32,000 nt of DNA from Ktedonobacterales bacterium (GTDB lineage: Bacteria > Chloroflexota > Ktedonobacteria > Ktedonobacterales > JADMIN01). The notes below the pieces were generated by a model, which ran no database searches, was not told the DNA's origin, and saw nothing but the letters and a program-made list of their open reading frames with translations. Shown piece by piece: positions 17,064 to 25,395 of the stretch. Position numbers and translations under genes: made by a program. The DNA lies in NCBI GenBank assembly GCA_030167145.1, contig CP126532.1:3450001-3482000 (forward strand), given 5' to 3'. Every line of letters starts with the position of its first letter. Within the stretch, counting starts at the first letter, position 1.

Positions 17064-17254
17064 AGTGCCCAAATGTCCGGTTTTCCGCAGATTTCCCCCT
17101 GTTTTGGGTCATTTGTCCTATGCGTGTACCGGGAAGTACCAGATGTCATGACCCGCTGTGGTCCGGCGCGCTTACTGCGCTACGATTGCTCGCCCGCGCT
17201 CATCCGCTGCTGCCAGATTGTCGTCAACTTTGCCAGCAGGTTTCAGGCCAGCCT

Positions 17255-17284
17255 TTGCGGCCATTTCTTGTCGCGACGTATACT
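17255..17284 (+). promoter_or_regulatory. candidate promoter TTGCGG-N18-TATACT for the acyl-CoA synthetase gene
   Basis: The plus strand reads cctTTGCGGccatttcttgtcgcgacgTATACTggcc, about 45 nt upstream of ATG 17330. Confidence 0.3.
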
Positions 17285-17329
17285 GGCCGTAAACAGCCGG
17301 GTACATATTGCTGAGAATCGAGGCTCTCT

Positions 17330-19012
17330 ATGTCGAACACGTTCAGCGGCGATACGGTTCCACAGCCCACTAAGGAGAACTACGCCGACGTGCGGCGCGA
17401 CTTCACCTGGACCGTTACCAATGACTACAACTTCGCGCTCGATACCATTGGTACGTGGGCCGAAGACGCCTCGCGGCTGGCGATGCTCTGGGTTGGACCC
17501 GACGGGCAGGAAGAACGCTATACCTTCGTCCACTTCGACGAGCAGAGCAGCCGCGCGGCCCATGCCTTCGAGAAGCTTGGCATCCAGAAGGGCGACCGCG
17601 TGCTGCTGATGCTGCCGCGTGTGCCAGAATGGTGGGAGGCGGTGCTAGGCCTGATGAAGCTGGGCGCGATTGCCATCCCCTGCACGACGCTGCTCACCCC
17701 CAAAGACATCCAGTACCGCGCGGAGCTATCCGAGGCTGTGGCGATGATTACCGACACCAGCGGCGCGGAGAAGCTGGCGCAGGTGCGCGCGCAATGCCCG
17801 ACAATTCGCGCCGCCGTGGTGGTGGATGAGCCGGGCGCGCCATGCCCTGAAGGCTGTGTCGGCTACCATCCACGCGTTGAATCGGCTTCGCCCGTCTGGT
17901 ACGACCGCCGCACCGTCGCCAGCGACCCTTGCATGATCTATTTCACCAGCGGCACGGTCGGCTATCCAAAGATGGTGCTGCACACCCACGCCAGCTATCC
18001 GCGCGGCCACACGCTCGTCACCGGGCGCTACTGGCTGGATCTGCGCCCCGGCGATCTGCACTGGAACTTATCCGAAACTGGATGGGCAAAGTTCGCGTGG
18101 AGCAATTTCTTCGGTCCCTGGGGCAATGGCGCGGCGCTCTTCATTCAGGATGCGCGTGGCAAGTTCAGCGGCAAAGACACGCTCGACATGCTCGCCAAAT
18201 ACCCCATCACCACGTTCTGCGCGCCGCCGACCGCGTACCGGCTGTTGGTGCAGGAAGACCTGAAAGGCTACCAGTTCGCCGCGCTGCGCCATTGTGTCGG
18301 CGCGGGCGAGCCGCTGAACCCCGAAGTGATAGACGCCTGGCGCGAGGCGACCGGCCTGACCATTCGCGACGGCTACGGCCAGACCGAGACGGTGCTGCTC
18401 TGCGGCAACTTCCCTGGCGTGGAGGTGCGCCCCGGCTCGATGGGCTTCCCCGCGCCGGGCTTCGATCTGGCGATTATCAACCACGACGGCACGGAGCTTG
18501 GCCCCAACCAGGAGGGCGACATCGCCATTCGCGTCAAGCCCAACCGCCCGCTCGGCCTGTTTCAGGAATACTGGCGCAACGCCGAAGCGATGGAGCGCTC
18601 CTTCATCGGCGACTGGTACATCACAGGCGACCGCGCCTACCGCGACGCCGACGGCTATTTCTGGTTCGTGGGCCGCGCCGACGACGTGATTATCTCGGCG
18701 GGCTATCGCATCGGTCCCTTCGAAGTCGAGAGCGCGCTGGTGGAGCATCCCGACGTGGTGGAGGCGGCGGTGGTCGCCAGCCCAGACGCGGTGCGTGGCG
18801 AGATCGTCAAGGCGTTCGTGATTCTCGCCCCCGGCTACACCGCGAGCGACCAGCTTGCCATTGAGCTACAAGACTACGTGAAGAGCGTCACCGCGCCGTA
18901 CAAGTATCCGCGCGAGATCGAGTTCGTCACCGAACTGCCGAAGACGATCAGCGGCAAGATTCGCCGCGTGGAGCTGCGCGACCGCGAACGCCAGCGCAAG
19001 CAGGGGCAGTAA
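17330..19012 (+). CDS. AMP-forming acyl-CoA synthetase (medium-chain/ACSM-like)
   Basis: 560 aa. YFTSGTVGYPKMVLHTH (AMP-binding motif I), GYGQTET, YITGDRAYRDADGYFWFVGRADDVI, and PKTISGKIRR. Confidence 0.9.
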   Translation: MSNTFSGDTVPQPTKENYADVRRDFTWTVTNDYNFALDTIGTWAEDASRLAMLWVGPDGQEERYTFVHFDEQSSRAAHAFEKLGIQKGDRVLLMLPRVPEWWEAVLGLMKLGAIAIPCTTLLTPKDIQYRAELSEAVAMITDTSGAEKLAQVRAQCPTIRAAVVVDEPGAPCPEGCVGYHPRVESASPVWYDRRTVASDPCMIYFTSGTVGYPKMVLHTHASYPRGHTLVTGRYWLDLRPGDLHWNLSETGWAKFAWSNFFGPWGNGAALFIQDARGKFSGKDTLDMLAKYPITTFCAPPTAYRLLVQEDLKGYQFAALRHCVGAGEPLNPEVIDAWREATGLTIRDGYGQTETVLLCGNFPGVEVRPGSMGFPAPGFDLAIINHDGTELGPNQEGDIAIRVKPNRPLGLFQEYWRNAEAMERSFIGDWYITGDRAYRDADGYFWFVGRADDVIISAGYRIGPFEVESALVEHPDVVEAAVVASPDAVRGEIVKAFVILAPGYTASDQLAIELQDYVKSVTAPYKYPREIEFVTELPKTISGKIRRVELRDRERQRKQGQ

Positions 19013-19020
19013 CCTCACCA

Positions 19021-19050
19021 TTGGTCGCTTGTGGGCAGGGGATGTATACT
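19021..19050 (+). promoter_or_regulatory. candidate promoter TTGGTC-N18-TATACT
   Basis: TTGGTCgcttgtgggcaggggatgTATACT, 70 nt upstream of ATG 19120. Confidence 0.3.
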
Positions 19051-19119
19051 CTTATGGAAGACCTGGGCGGGCGCCCAACGACGTGTATCAGCCTGCCCAT
19101 CATATTGAGGACTTATCGC

Positions 19120-19488
19120 ATGAGCGCGAACACCCCCACGCCAACCGGCGGCGAAAAGGCCGACGAGCGTGTCTTCGTCAAGATTCCCAAAGCTGGCCCC
19201 GGCCAGGGCTATCAGGCTCCACGCAACTTCCAGAACCCCTTTATGACCTTTATCTGGAAGGCTGCCACGGTGCTGATGTGCCTGTCGCTGCCACTGGTCC
19301 CTGGCATCATTATCGTGCTAATCGTCTTTCTTCCGGCAGCAGATGGCCATCAAAACGCCTTTCAGGAGGGGCTGCTCTGGCTGTGGATTCCGATGATTCT
19401 CTTCGTCGAGGCCATCGCCATCTTCGCCGCCTACAACATCGCCCGCGAGGCGCTCGGCTACTCCGGCGCGACAGATTACGAGCGCTAG
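19120..19488 (+). CDS. small membrane protein, 2 predicted TM helices (hypothetical)
   Basis: Internal ATG 19120 after GAGGA. 122 aa. Hydrophobic spans are AATVLMCLSLPLVPGIIIVLIVFL and LLWLWIPMILFVEAIAIFAAYNI. No family recognised. Confidence 0.55.
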   Translation: MSANTPTPTGGEKADERVFVKIPKAGPGQGYQAPRNFQNPFMTFIWKAATVLMCLSLPLVPGIIIVLIVFLPAADGHQNAFQEGLLWLWIPMILFVEAIAIFAAYNIAREALGYSGATDYER

Positions 19489-21186
19489 CTACGCGCCGGG
19501 AAGCCGCATGCGATACAGCGCGGAGCCGATGGTGCGCACCCAGAGGTACGCGCCTGCTGTTCCTTGCCCAACCGCGATATACGAGAGCCAGCAGTGATCG
19601 CTGCAACCAGGAAACGGCGTGGAAGACTGCGACCAGGGCAGCGGCAGCGGTGTGGTGAAGGCTGACCAGCGGTCGAGGCGCGGATCCCATTCCCACAGCC
19701 ATTGCTGGCTGAACTGCGTCATTGACACCGGCTGATCGGGCGCGGGCAGGCTGTCGTCTGGCCCGATGCCGAGCGCCAGTAGCTTGCCGTCCGGCGTTTC
19801 GCCGAGGATGGTGGTGATGCCCAGGCGTTCGCTGGACGTGCCGGGTACGGGCAGCGGCGGCAGCGGCGCGTAATGCTGGCTATTCGTCACCTGCGCCACC
19901 TGGATGCGGAAGAGATACCAGGGGATAGCAAGGCCGTTGGCGAGATAGAGCGGGTGAGCTACGGATGGCTCCGCTGTGTGAACACCAGGCGCGGTGAGAA
20001 TTTCGTAAGCTCCGGACTGTTCGAGTATGGCCATCCGCTGCCAGTTGTCGCCAGCATCGCGCGATTGCCAGAGGACGCTATTGCCGCTCTTCGGGTTGGC
20101 GGTGTCCGCGCCTGAGGCAATGATCGTCTCGCCATCCGCAAGTAGGGTCGGCATCCCTGACTGGTCAGGGAATTGCACACGCGCCCAGGTGCGGCCGCCG
20201 TCATCGCTGCGGGCGATAGCACCGCCACCAACAGTCGAAAATCCACTGCCCGGCGTCGTCTGCACGATACTGTACGAAGTAGTAAGAAACACATGGCGCG
20301 CGGTGATCCACACAAAGTGCGAGCAGATATAGACGAGCTGTGAGATGGGCGAGTAGACTGTGGGAGCCGTCTGCCATGTCGCGCCGCCATCCGCGCTGAG
20401 GACAAGGCTGTAATTGGTGCAATGCGTGTCGGTGTTGGGGCCAGGGCCGAGATCAACCAGCACGGCGATATGCTGTGGGGTATCCGAGGCCACCTGCACG
20501 TAACATCCCCAGCCCTTGATTTCGGGGAGCGGCGCTTTCGTCCAGTGCTGGCCAGCATCGTGGGTGAGCCAGAGTACGATGGTGTCCGGCTGGCCAGGGT
20601 TCGGCTGCCCCGGCTCCAAGGATTCCGGCGCATTGAGTACTGGTGGCGTGCCGCAGACATAGACCGTCGCCGGGTCGTTGGGCGCAGTAGTGTAATAGCT
20701 GTACCATCCTTGCGGCACGGGCGTGGTGACGTGCTGCCAGGTCGCGCCCGTGATGCGCCCGCCAGGCTGCGGCGCGAGAGTGATAGGAGTGAGGGTAGGT
20801 GGCGCGGCGGGACCGAACGCGCCGCGACCGAGCACCCAGGTGAACGCGACCACTACTAGCAGCGCCGCCGCGATGGCTATGAGTCCCTTTGACGAGCGCC
20901 GGAGGGCAGCAGGAATAGGCCAGTGCAGTGGCGTTCTCACTGGTTCGTCTTCTATGCGTTCGCATAGCTCGTCCCAATCGCTTGCGGGCGGCGCGAGGAC
21001 GGGTTGGGCGCGTAACACAGCATCCATCGCGTCGTAAGCGGCGAGTTGGCGCTGGCAGGCGGCGCAACTGGACACATGCGCACTGATGCGCTCGGCCTCG
21101 GTCGCGCTCACGCCCTGGGCGCGCCAGGTGGAGAGCGTGCGGGAGGTCAGCCCGAGCGCGCAGCGCGGCCCATCTTCAGCGATCAT
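19489..21186 (-). CDS. anti-sigma factor: zf-HC2 / TM / Asp-box (BNR) beta-propeller ectodomain
   Basis: Start ATG 21186 overlaps the sigma gene stop by 11 nt. HVSSCAACQ is H-x3-C-x2-C. TM GLIAIAAALLVVVAFTWVL. Four S/T-x-D-x-G-x-x-W motifs are present: THDAGQHWT, SADGGATWQ, SDDGGRTWA and SRDAGDNWQ. Confidence 0.8.
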   Translation of the reverse strand: MIAEDGPRCALGLTSRTLSTWRAQGVSATEAERISAHVSSCAACQRQLAAYDAMDAVLRAQPVLAPPASDWDELCERIEDEPVRTPLHWPIPAALRRSSKGLIAIAAALLVVVAFTWVLGRGAFGPAAPPTLTPITLAPQPGGRITGATWQHVTTPVPQGWYSYYTTAPNDPATVYVCGTPPVLNAPESLEPGQPNPGQPDTIVLWLTHDAGQHWTKAPLPEIKGWGCYVQVASDTPQHIAVLVDLGPGPNTDTHCTNYSLVLSADGGATWQTAPTVYSPISQLVYICSHFVWITARHVFLTTSYSIVQTTPGSGFSTVGGGAIARSDDGGRTWARVQFPDQSGMPTLLADGETIIASGADTANPKSGNSVLWQSRDAGDNWQRMAILEQSGAYEILTAPGVHTAEPSVAHPLYLANGLAIPWYLFRIQVAQVTNSQHYAPLPPLPVPGTSSERLGITTILGETPDGKLLALGIGPDDSLPAPDQPVSMTQFSQQWLWEWDPRLDRWSAFTTPLPLPWSQSSTPFPGCSDHCWLSYIAVGQGTAGAYLWVRTIGSALYRMRLPGA

Positions 21187-21835
21187 GGGATGTCTCCTCA
21201 GCGTTGTAGCGCGCCCGAAAGCGCTCACGTGCGCGCCAGAGCGTCGTCTTGGCCGCGCCCGGCGAGATGCCCAGCGTCGCGGCCAGTTCGGCGCAGGTCA
21301 TGCCATAGATCACGTGCAGCACCAGCGCGGCGCGCTCGCGTGCGGGCAGCGCCAGCAGGTTCGCGCGCACCGTATCGCGCAGGGCAATATCATCGGCCCA
21401 CTCGCGGGTCGTCGCCATCGGTTCGGGCGCAGGCAGCGGGCGCTGGCGCACGGCTTCATCCCGGCGATGGTTGAGCGCGAGATGGGTGGCGATGCGGAAG
21501 AGCCAGGCGCGCGGCTGCTCGTATGCGCGAATCTGGTCGAAGTGATGCCAGGCGCGCAGAAAGGTCTCCTGGGTGAGGTCGTGCGCGGCCTGCTCGTCGC
21601 CGGTCATGCGCCAGAGGTAGCCAAAGATGTCGCGCTGATGCTGCTCATAGAAGGCGCGGAAATCGCCCGCATCGGTATTGACATCAGATGTATTGTCGGA
21701 GAGGTCATCGGCATGTGATTGATTGCGAGTGGATGGGCGTTCACCAGCGGCGAGCGCAAGGAGGTGGGCGAGACGCGCCAATATGCTTCGCGCGCCAGAT
21801 AGTCGCGGGGATGATCGTGCGCCCGCCAGTGCCAT
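21176..21835 (-). CDS. ECF sigma factor with an N-terminal extension of about 55 aa
   Basis: FRAFYEQHQRDIFGYLWRMTGDEQAAHDLTQETFLRAW (region 2) and YGMTCAELAATLGISPGAAKTTLWRARERF (region 4). The only ATG upstream of region 2 is 21835, preceded by GGGAGG at 7-nt spacing. The Ser/Asp/Asn-rich extension therefore seems real. Confidence 0.85.
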   Translation of the reverse strand: MALAGARSSPRLSGARSILARLAHLLALAAGERPSTRNQSHADDLSDNTSDVNTDAGDFRAFYEQHQRDIFGYLWRMTGDEQAAHDLTQETFLRAWHHFDQIRAYEQPRAWLFRIATHLALNHRRDEAVRQRPLPAPEPMATTREWADDIALRDTVRANLLALPARERAALVLHVIYGMTCAELAATLGISPGAAKTTLWRARERFRARYNAEETSHDR

Positions 21836-21931
21836 TGTCCTACCTCCCTACCGCAATGCCTCTCTTCTAGCATACACACGGCAGGGAGGGTGAAGGTCAC
21901 AGAACCTAGAGAAAATCAAAAAGCAGGCGCA

Positions 21932-22186
21932 TCACCCGTATTTCTCACTCAAATAATCGCCGGCCAGCTTTTCTACTTCGGCATCCGTCGGGGCGGGCCA
22001 CGGTCCCGCAAGTATGCCTTCCGCGTCCGCGCCAGATACCGGCTTCCTGGTTTGCCGCTCGACCTCCGGCTCTAGTGTCTTCAGGATATCTTGTACGAGA
22101 TATAAACGCTGTGAACTAGTCCAGTGTCTGACGATTTCAAGCACCTCGTCATATCGCTGCTCATCTTGATGCGCCGCTCTGCTCAT
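21932..22186 (-). CDS. small hypothetical protein (84 aa), antitoxin-like helical N-terminus
   Basis: Internal ATG 22186 after GGTGAGGAG. The longer ORF form overlaps the upstream gene. WTSSQRLYLVQDILKTLE and C-terminal PTDAEVEKLAGDYLSEKYG resemble small addiction-module-component-like proteins. No toxin partner lies nearby. Confidence 0.45.
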   Translation of the reverse strand: MSRAAHQDEQRYDEVLEIVRHWTSSQRLYLVQDILKTLEPEVERQTRKPVSGADAEGILAGPWPAPTDAEVEKLAGDYLSEKYG

Positions 22187-22256
22187 ACTCCTCACCTCTT
22201 CCACCTGATGGGGCCGTCCAGCACATTGTACCCTGAAGGCGGCGCCGATGATAGCT

Positions 22257-23423
22257 TCACTCTTCTTCCGTCGCTTCCTCGCTCTTGGTGTCAGCCAGCG
22301 CGCCCTGGAGCGTGCGCGCGACATCGAAAGGGTCGCTGGCGACGACGCTGGTGCCGAAGAGTTCCAGCGCGGCGATATCGGAGGTGGGCGAGAGCGGGTT
22401 GCCGCGATCCACGAAGCGCGCCACCAGCGGGAAGCCCCGCCAGCGCGGCTCCGGCTGGCCCAGCGGCGGGCCGAAGACGGCGATGTTGAACGCGCGCACG
22501 CCCAGCTCGCCCAGCGCCGCGCGCAGTGTCGCCGCCAGCGGCTCGGCCAGCGCCGCTAGCTCCACCGCATCCATCGCGCCATCTTGATAGGTGGGGACCA
22601 GCGCGATCACCTCGCGCTCCTTCACTGGCGTCAGCGACGCGAATAGCTCCACCTTGTCGTCGCCGCCCGCTGCCAGCCCCAGCGCCCGATGGACCGTTGC
22701 CAGATCGGCGAAGTAGTCGCTCCCCGTCTCGGCGTGGTAGCGTTCGGCTGCCGCGCGCCAGAGTTCCACCCGCGCGTGCGCCGATTGCGGGCTGAGCGTC
22801 ATCTGCGTGTGCCCATGCACCAGCGATGCCCCCGCGCGCCACAGGCAGTTCCACAGCAAGAAGAAGTGGCGCGCCTCCGCGTCGGCCTCGCGCACCTGCC
22901 CCGCCCACTCGCCCGCGACCGCCAGCACGTCTTCCACCAGCGCCAGGTCGAGCGCCAGCGGATCGTGCCGGTCGAAGACGCCGACGCTGTGCCAGCCCTC
23001 CGCCTTGGCGACATTGGCCGCCGTCACCACGTGCCGCCCGCGTATGCGCCCGAAGCTGTCGGCGGGGGTGCGATGCTCCGGGTCGCAGAAGTCGTCGCCC
23101 TGGCTGCGCTCGATGCGCTCGCGTAGCTCCGGCGGATCGGCGGCGGGGGCCGCATGCGTCGTGCCGCTGCCCGGACGCCGCGCCCGCAGCGAATTGAAGG
23201 TCGCGCCCTCGAAGGTCCAGCGATTGGTGACGCGCACGATGCGCTGGCGCAGCGTCGCCTCCACCGAGCCGAAGGTGCGTTCCAGCCACGGCGTCATCTC
23301 CGGCGGCGGCACAATCGTTCCTTCGGTCGCGATCACGTCGAAGAGTCGCTCCGCCAGGGCGCGCTCATCGGCAGGCAGCGCCGCGATGGCAGCGGGCAGT
23401 TGGTCTATGCGCGTTTCGGGCAC
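22257..23423 (-). CDS. GalT-like HIT-superfamily nucleotidyltransferase/phosphorylase (substrate unknown)
   Basis: 388 aa. FNSLRARRP matches the GalT N-terminal S-x-h-R-x-x-RP motif. GWHSVGVFDRHDPLAL fits the h-e-V-i-x-x-x-x-H pattern. GASLVHGHTQM has the same spacing as GalT GCSNPHPHGQ (G-x-S-x-x-H-x-H-x-Q). The usual CxxC zinc site is reduced to a single Cys (DDFCDPEH). Confidence 0.6.
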   Translation of the reverse strand: MPETRIDQLPAAIAALPADERALAERLFDVIATEGTIVPPPEMTPWLERTFGSVEATLRQRIVRVTNRWTFEGATFNSLRARRPGSGTTHAAPAADPPELRERIERSQGDDFCDPEHRTPADSFGRIRGRHVVTAANVAKAEGWHSVGVFDRHDPLALDLALVEDVLAVAGEWAGQVREADAEARHFFLLWNCLWRAGASLVHGHTQMTLSPQSAHARVELWRAAAERYHAETGSDYFADLATVHRALGLAAGGDDKVELFASLTPVKEREVIALVPTYQDGAMDAVELAALAEPLAATLRAALGELGVRAFNIAVFGPPLGQPEPRWRGFPLVARFVDRGNPLSPTSDIAALELFGTSVVASDPFDVARTLQGALADTKSEEATEEE

Positions 23424-23473
23424 ACGAATCCCCCTCTAATCTCTAAAGCGATGAGCTGGCATTAGATAGGCGG

Positions 23474-25123
23474 TTACTGCGCGGCGGCCTCGCGTGGCGT
23501 GGCGCGTTCCGCTGTGATGCGCTGCAATTCCTGCGCCCGGCGATACAGCGCGACGTACTGCTCCGCCGAGGCGTCCCAGGAATAGTCGGCGAGCATCGCG
23601 CGCTGCATCAGGTCGCTCCATATCTCAGGAAACTGGAAGACTTCCAGCGCGCGCACCACCGCCGCGAAGAATTGGAAGGGATCGTAGCGCGCGAAGCTGA
23701 AGCCGTTGCCGGTGTTCTCCGCTGGATCGAAGTCCTGCACGGTGTCGGCGAGACCGCCGGTGCTGTGGACGATGGGAATGCTGCCGTAGCGCATCGCCAG
23801 CATCTGCGTCAGGCCGCACGGCTCGAAACGCGAGGGCATCAGCAACATATCCGAGCCAGCGTAGATGCTCTGGCTCATCTCCACATTGAAGGTCAAATGC
23901 ACCGAGACCTGCCGAGGATAGCGCGCGGCGAGGCGCTGGAACATCGAATGGTAGTGCTGGTCGCCGGTGCCGGAGACGACGAGTTGGATGCCCTGCTCTA
24001 GCAGCGGCACGGCAATCTGGTCCAGCAGGTCGAAGCCTTTCTGGTCCGAGAGACGCGAGATGATCGCCACTATCGGCGTCTGCGCGCTGACCGGCAGCCC
24101 CGAATGCTCTTGCAGCGTGCGCTTATTGGCAGGGCGCTTCTCCAACGAAAAGGCGTCGTAGTTCGCGGCGATGCGTGCATCAGTCGCGGGATCATATTCC
24201 TGGGTATCTATGCCGTTGAGGATGCCGTAGAGCCGGTCCTTGCGCTCGCGCAGAATTGGATGCAGCCGCTCGCCGTATTCGGGTGTGAGAATCTCGCGGG
24301 CGTAGCGCGGACTGACGGTGCTAACCACATCGGCGAAGAGAATGCCCCGTCCCATCAGATCCACCACGTTCGCCAGCTCTGGCAGCTCTGGATAGACGAA
24401 GCCGCCCTCGGCGACGCCCGCCACTTCGAGGATACGGTAGCCGAAGATGCCCTGGTAGGCGAGATTGTGGATAGTGTAGACGGTGGCGGTCTGCGCGAAA
24501 TGAGGATCGTCGCGGTAGATGGTTTTGGTCCAGTTAGGGATGATTGCCGTATGCCAGTCGTGGCAATGCAGGATGTCAGGCTGCCAATCGAGCGCGCGGG
24601 TGAGTTCCAGCGCGGCGCGGCAGAAGAGGATGAAGCGCTCGCCCTCGTCAGGATAGCCGTAAAGCTTCTCGCGCTGGAAGTAATGCTCGGTGTCCACGAA
24701 GTAGAATGGCACATCGCCAATCGGTGGCGATTCCAGCACGCTCACCGTCTCGAAGACCGAGTCCATCGGCACGCGAAGCTCCGGAATGAGCGGGCGCAGA
24801 TGCCAGCGTTCGGCGTCAATGCTCTTGTAGCGCGGCAGCGCCACGCGCACATCGTGGCCCATCCGCCGCAGCGCATGTGGCAGCGCGCCAATCACATCGG
24901 CCAGGCCGCCTGTCTTGGCGAATGGCACACCTTCCGAGGCGACGAACAGGACGCGCAACGGTTTGCCGCGCAGCGCCGCCTCCACATCCAATGGGGCGGC
25001 TCCGGGAGCAATCTCGTCTTCGGGCGCGGCGAGGATGGCAGGCAGCCCATTCAGCGGCAGCCGCGACGCGGTTGGGTATGATGGCAGCGTAGACGGGGGA
25101 TCTCCGGGCGAAATGCGAGACAT
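23474..25123 (-). CDS. glgA: glycogen (starch) synthase, GT5
   Basis: LRVLFVASEGVPFAKTGGLADVIGALPHAL is the K-T-G-G-L motif region. HCHDWHTA and the C-terminal PSRFEPCGLTQMLAMRYGSIPIVHSTGGLADTV are also present. ATG 25123 has GAGGGAGGA upstream and leaves a Pro-rich extension of about 55 aa. An internal TTG/GTG start about 45 codons downstream cannot be excluded. Confidence 0.92.
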   Translation of the reverse strand: MSRISPGDPPSTLPSYPTASRLPLNGLPAILAAPEDEIAPGAAPLDVEAALRGKPLRVLFVASEGVPFAKTGGLADVIGALPHALRRMGHDVRVALPRYKSIDAERWHLRPLIPELRVPMDSVFETVSVLESPPIGDVPFYFVDTEHYFQREKLYGYPDEGERFILFCRAALELTRALDWQPDILHCHDWHTAIIPNWTKTIYRDDPHFAQTATVYTIHNLAYQGIFGYRILEVAGVAEGGFVYPELPELANVVDLMGRGILFADVVSTVSPRYAREILTPEYGERLHPILRERKDRLYGILNGIDTQEYDPATDARIAANYDAFSLEKRPANKRTLQEHSGLPVSAQTPIVAIISRLSDQKGFDLLDQIAVPLLEQGIQLVVSGTGDQHYHSMFQRLAARYPRQVSVHLTFNVEMSQSIYAGSDMLLMPSRFEPCGLTQMLAMRYGSIPIVHSTGGLADTVQDFDPAENTGNGFSFARYDPFQFFAAVVRALEVFQFPEIWSDLMQRAMLADYSWDASAEQYVALYRRAQELQRITAERATPREAAAQ

Positions 25124-25341
25124 AGGGGCGTCCTCCCTCTGACCTCACGACGAACTGGCGCCAGCCATCCACGCGGCTCGTTGCGCGCGGACGCACGGCT
25201 CGCACGCATCGTCTTTACCGGCGGCTACCCATCCTCAGCAAGCCGCGCCGGGCGCATAGCCCACTGCCGGATGCGATGTATCCGCATTCTATCACCCACC
25301 GCAAGTGCTTTTGCTGGGCAATTCGGTTGGAATGGGCGCAC

Positions 25342-25382
25342 AAAAAAAGACGGCCCGCGACATGTATGCCAGGAGCCGTCTT
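25342..25382 (-). terminator. intrinsic (Rho-independent) terminator closing the cytochrome operon
   Basis: The minus strand reads AAGACGGC-tcctggcatacatgtcgcgg-GCCGTCTT followed by TTTTTgtg. That is an 8-bp stem, a 20-nt loop and a 7-T run counting the two stem Ts. It begins 14 nt after the stop at 25396. Confidence 0.75.
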
Positions 25383-25395
25383 GTATGCGGTAGGG

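Noticed and set aside
17929-18864. 311-aa plus-strand ORF inside the acyl-CoA synthetase gene
   Set aside because: It is an out-of-frame overlap with a gene that has all the AMP-binding motifs, and its product is Arg/Pro/Ala-rich.
19486-19491. Abutting convergent stop codons TAG|CTA (also TAA|TCA at 7294-7299) with no intergenic terminator
   Set aside because: It is real but probably just compact gene packing. I found no hairpin spanning the junctions, so I did not treat it as a bidirectional terminator.
22291-23439. Alternative long ORFs (332 aa minus strand, 210 aa plus strand and others) overlapping the GalT-like gene
   Set aside because: Their products are Arg/Ala/Gly/Pro low-complexity sequence. 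Only the 22257..23423 frame shows the GalT family motifs.
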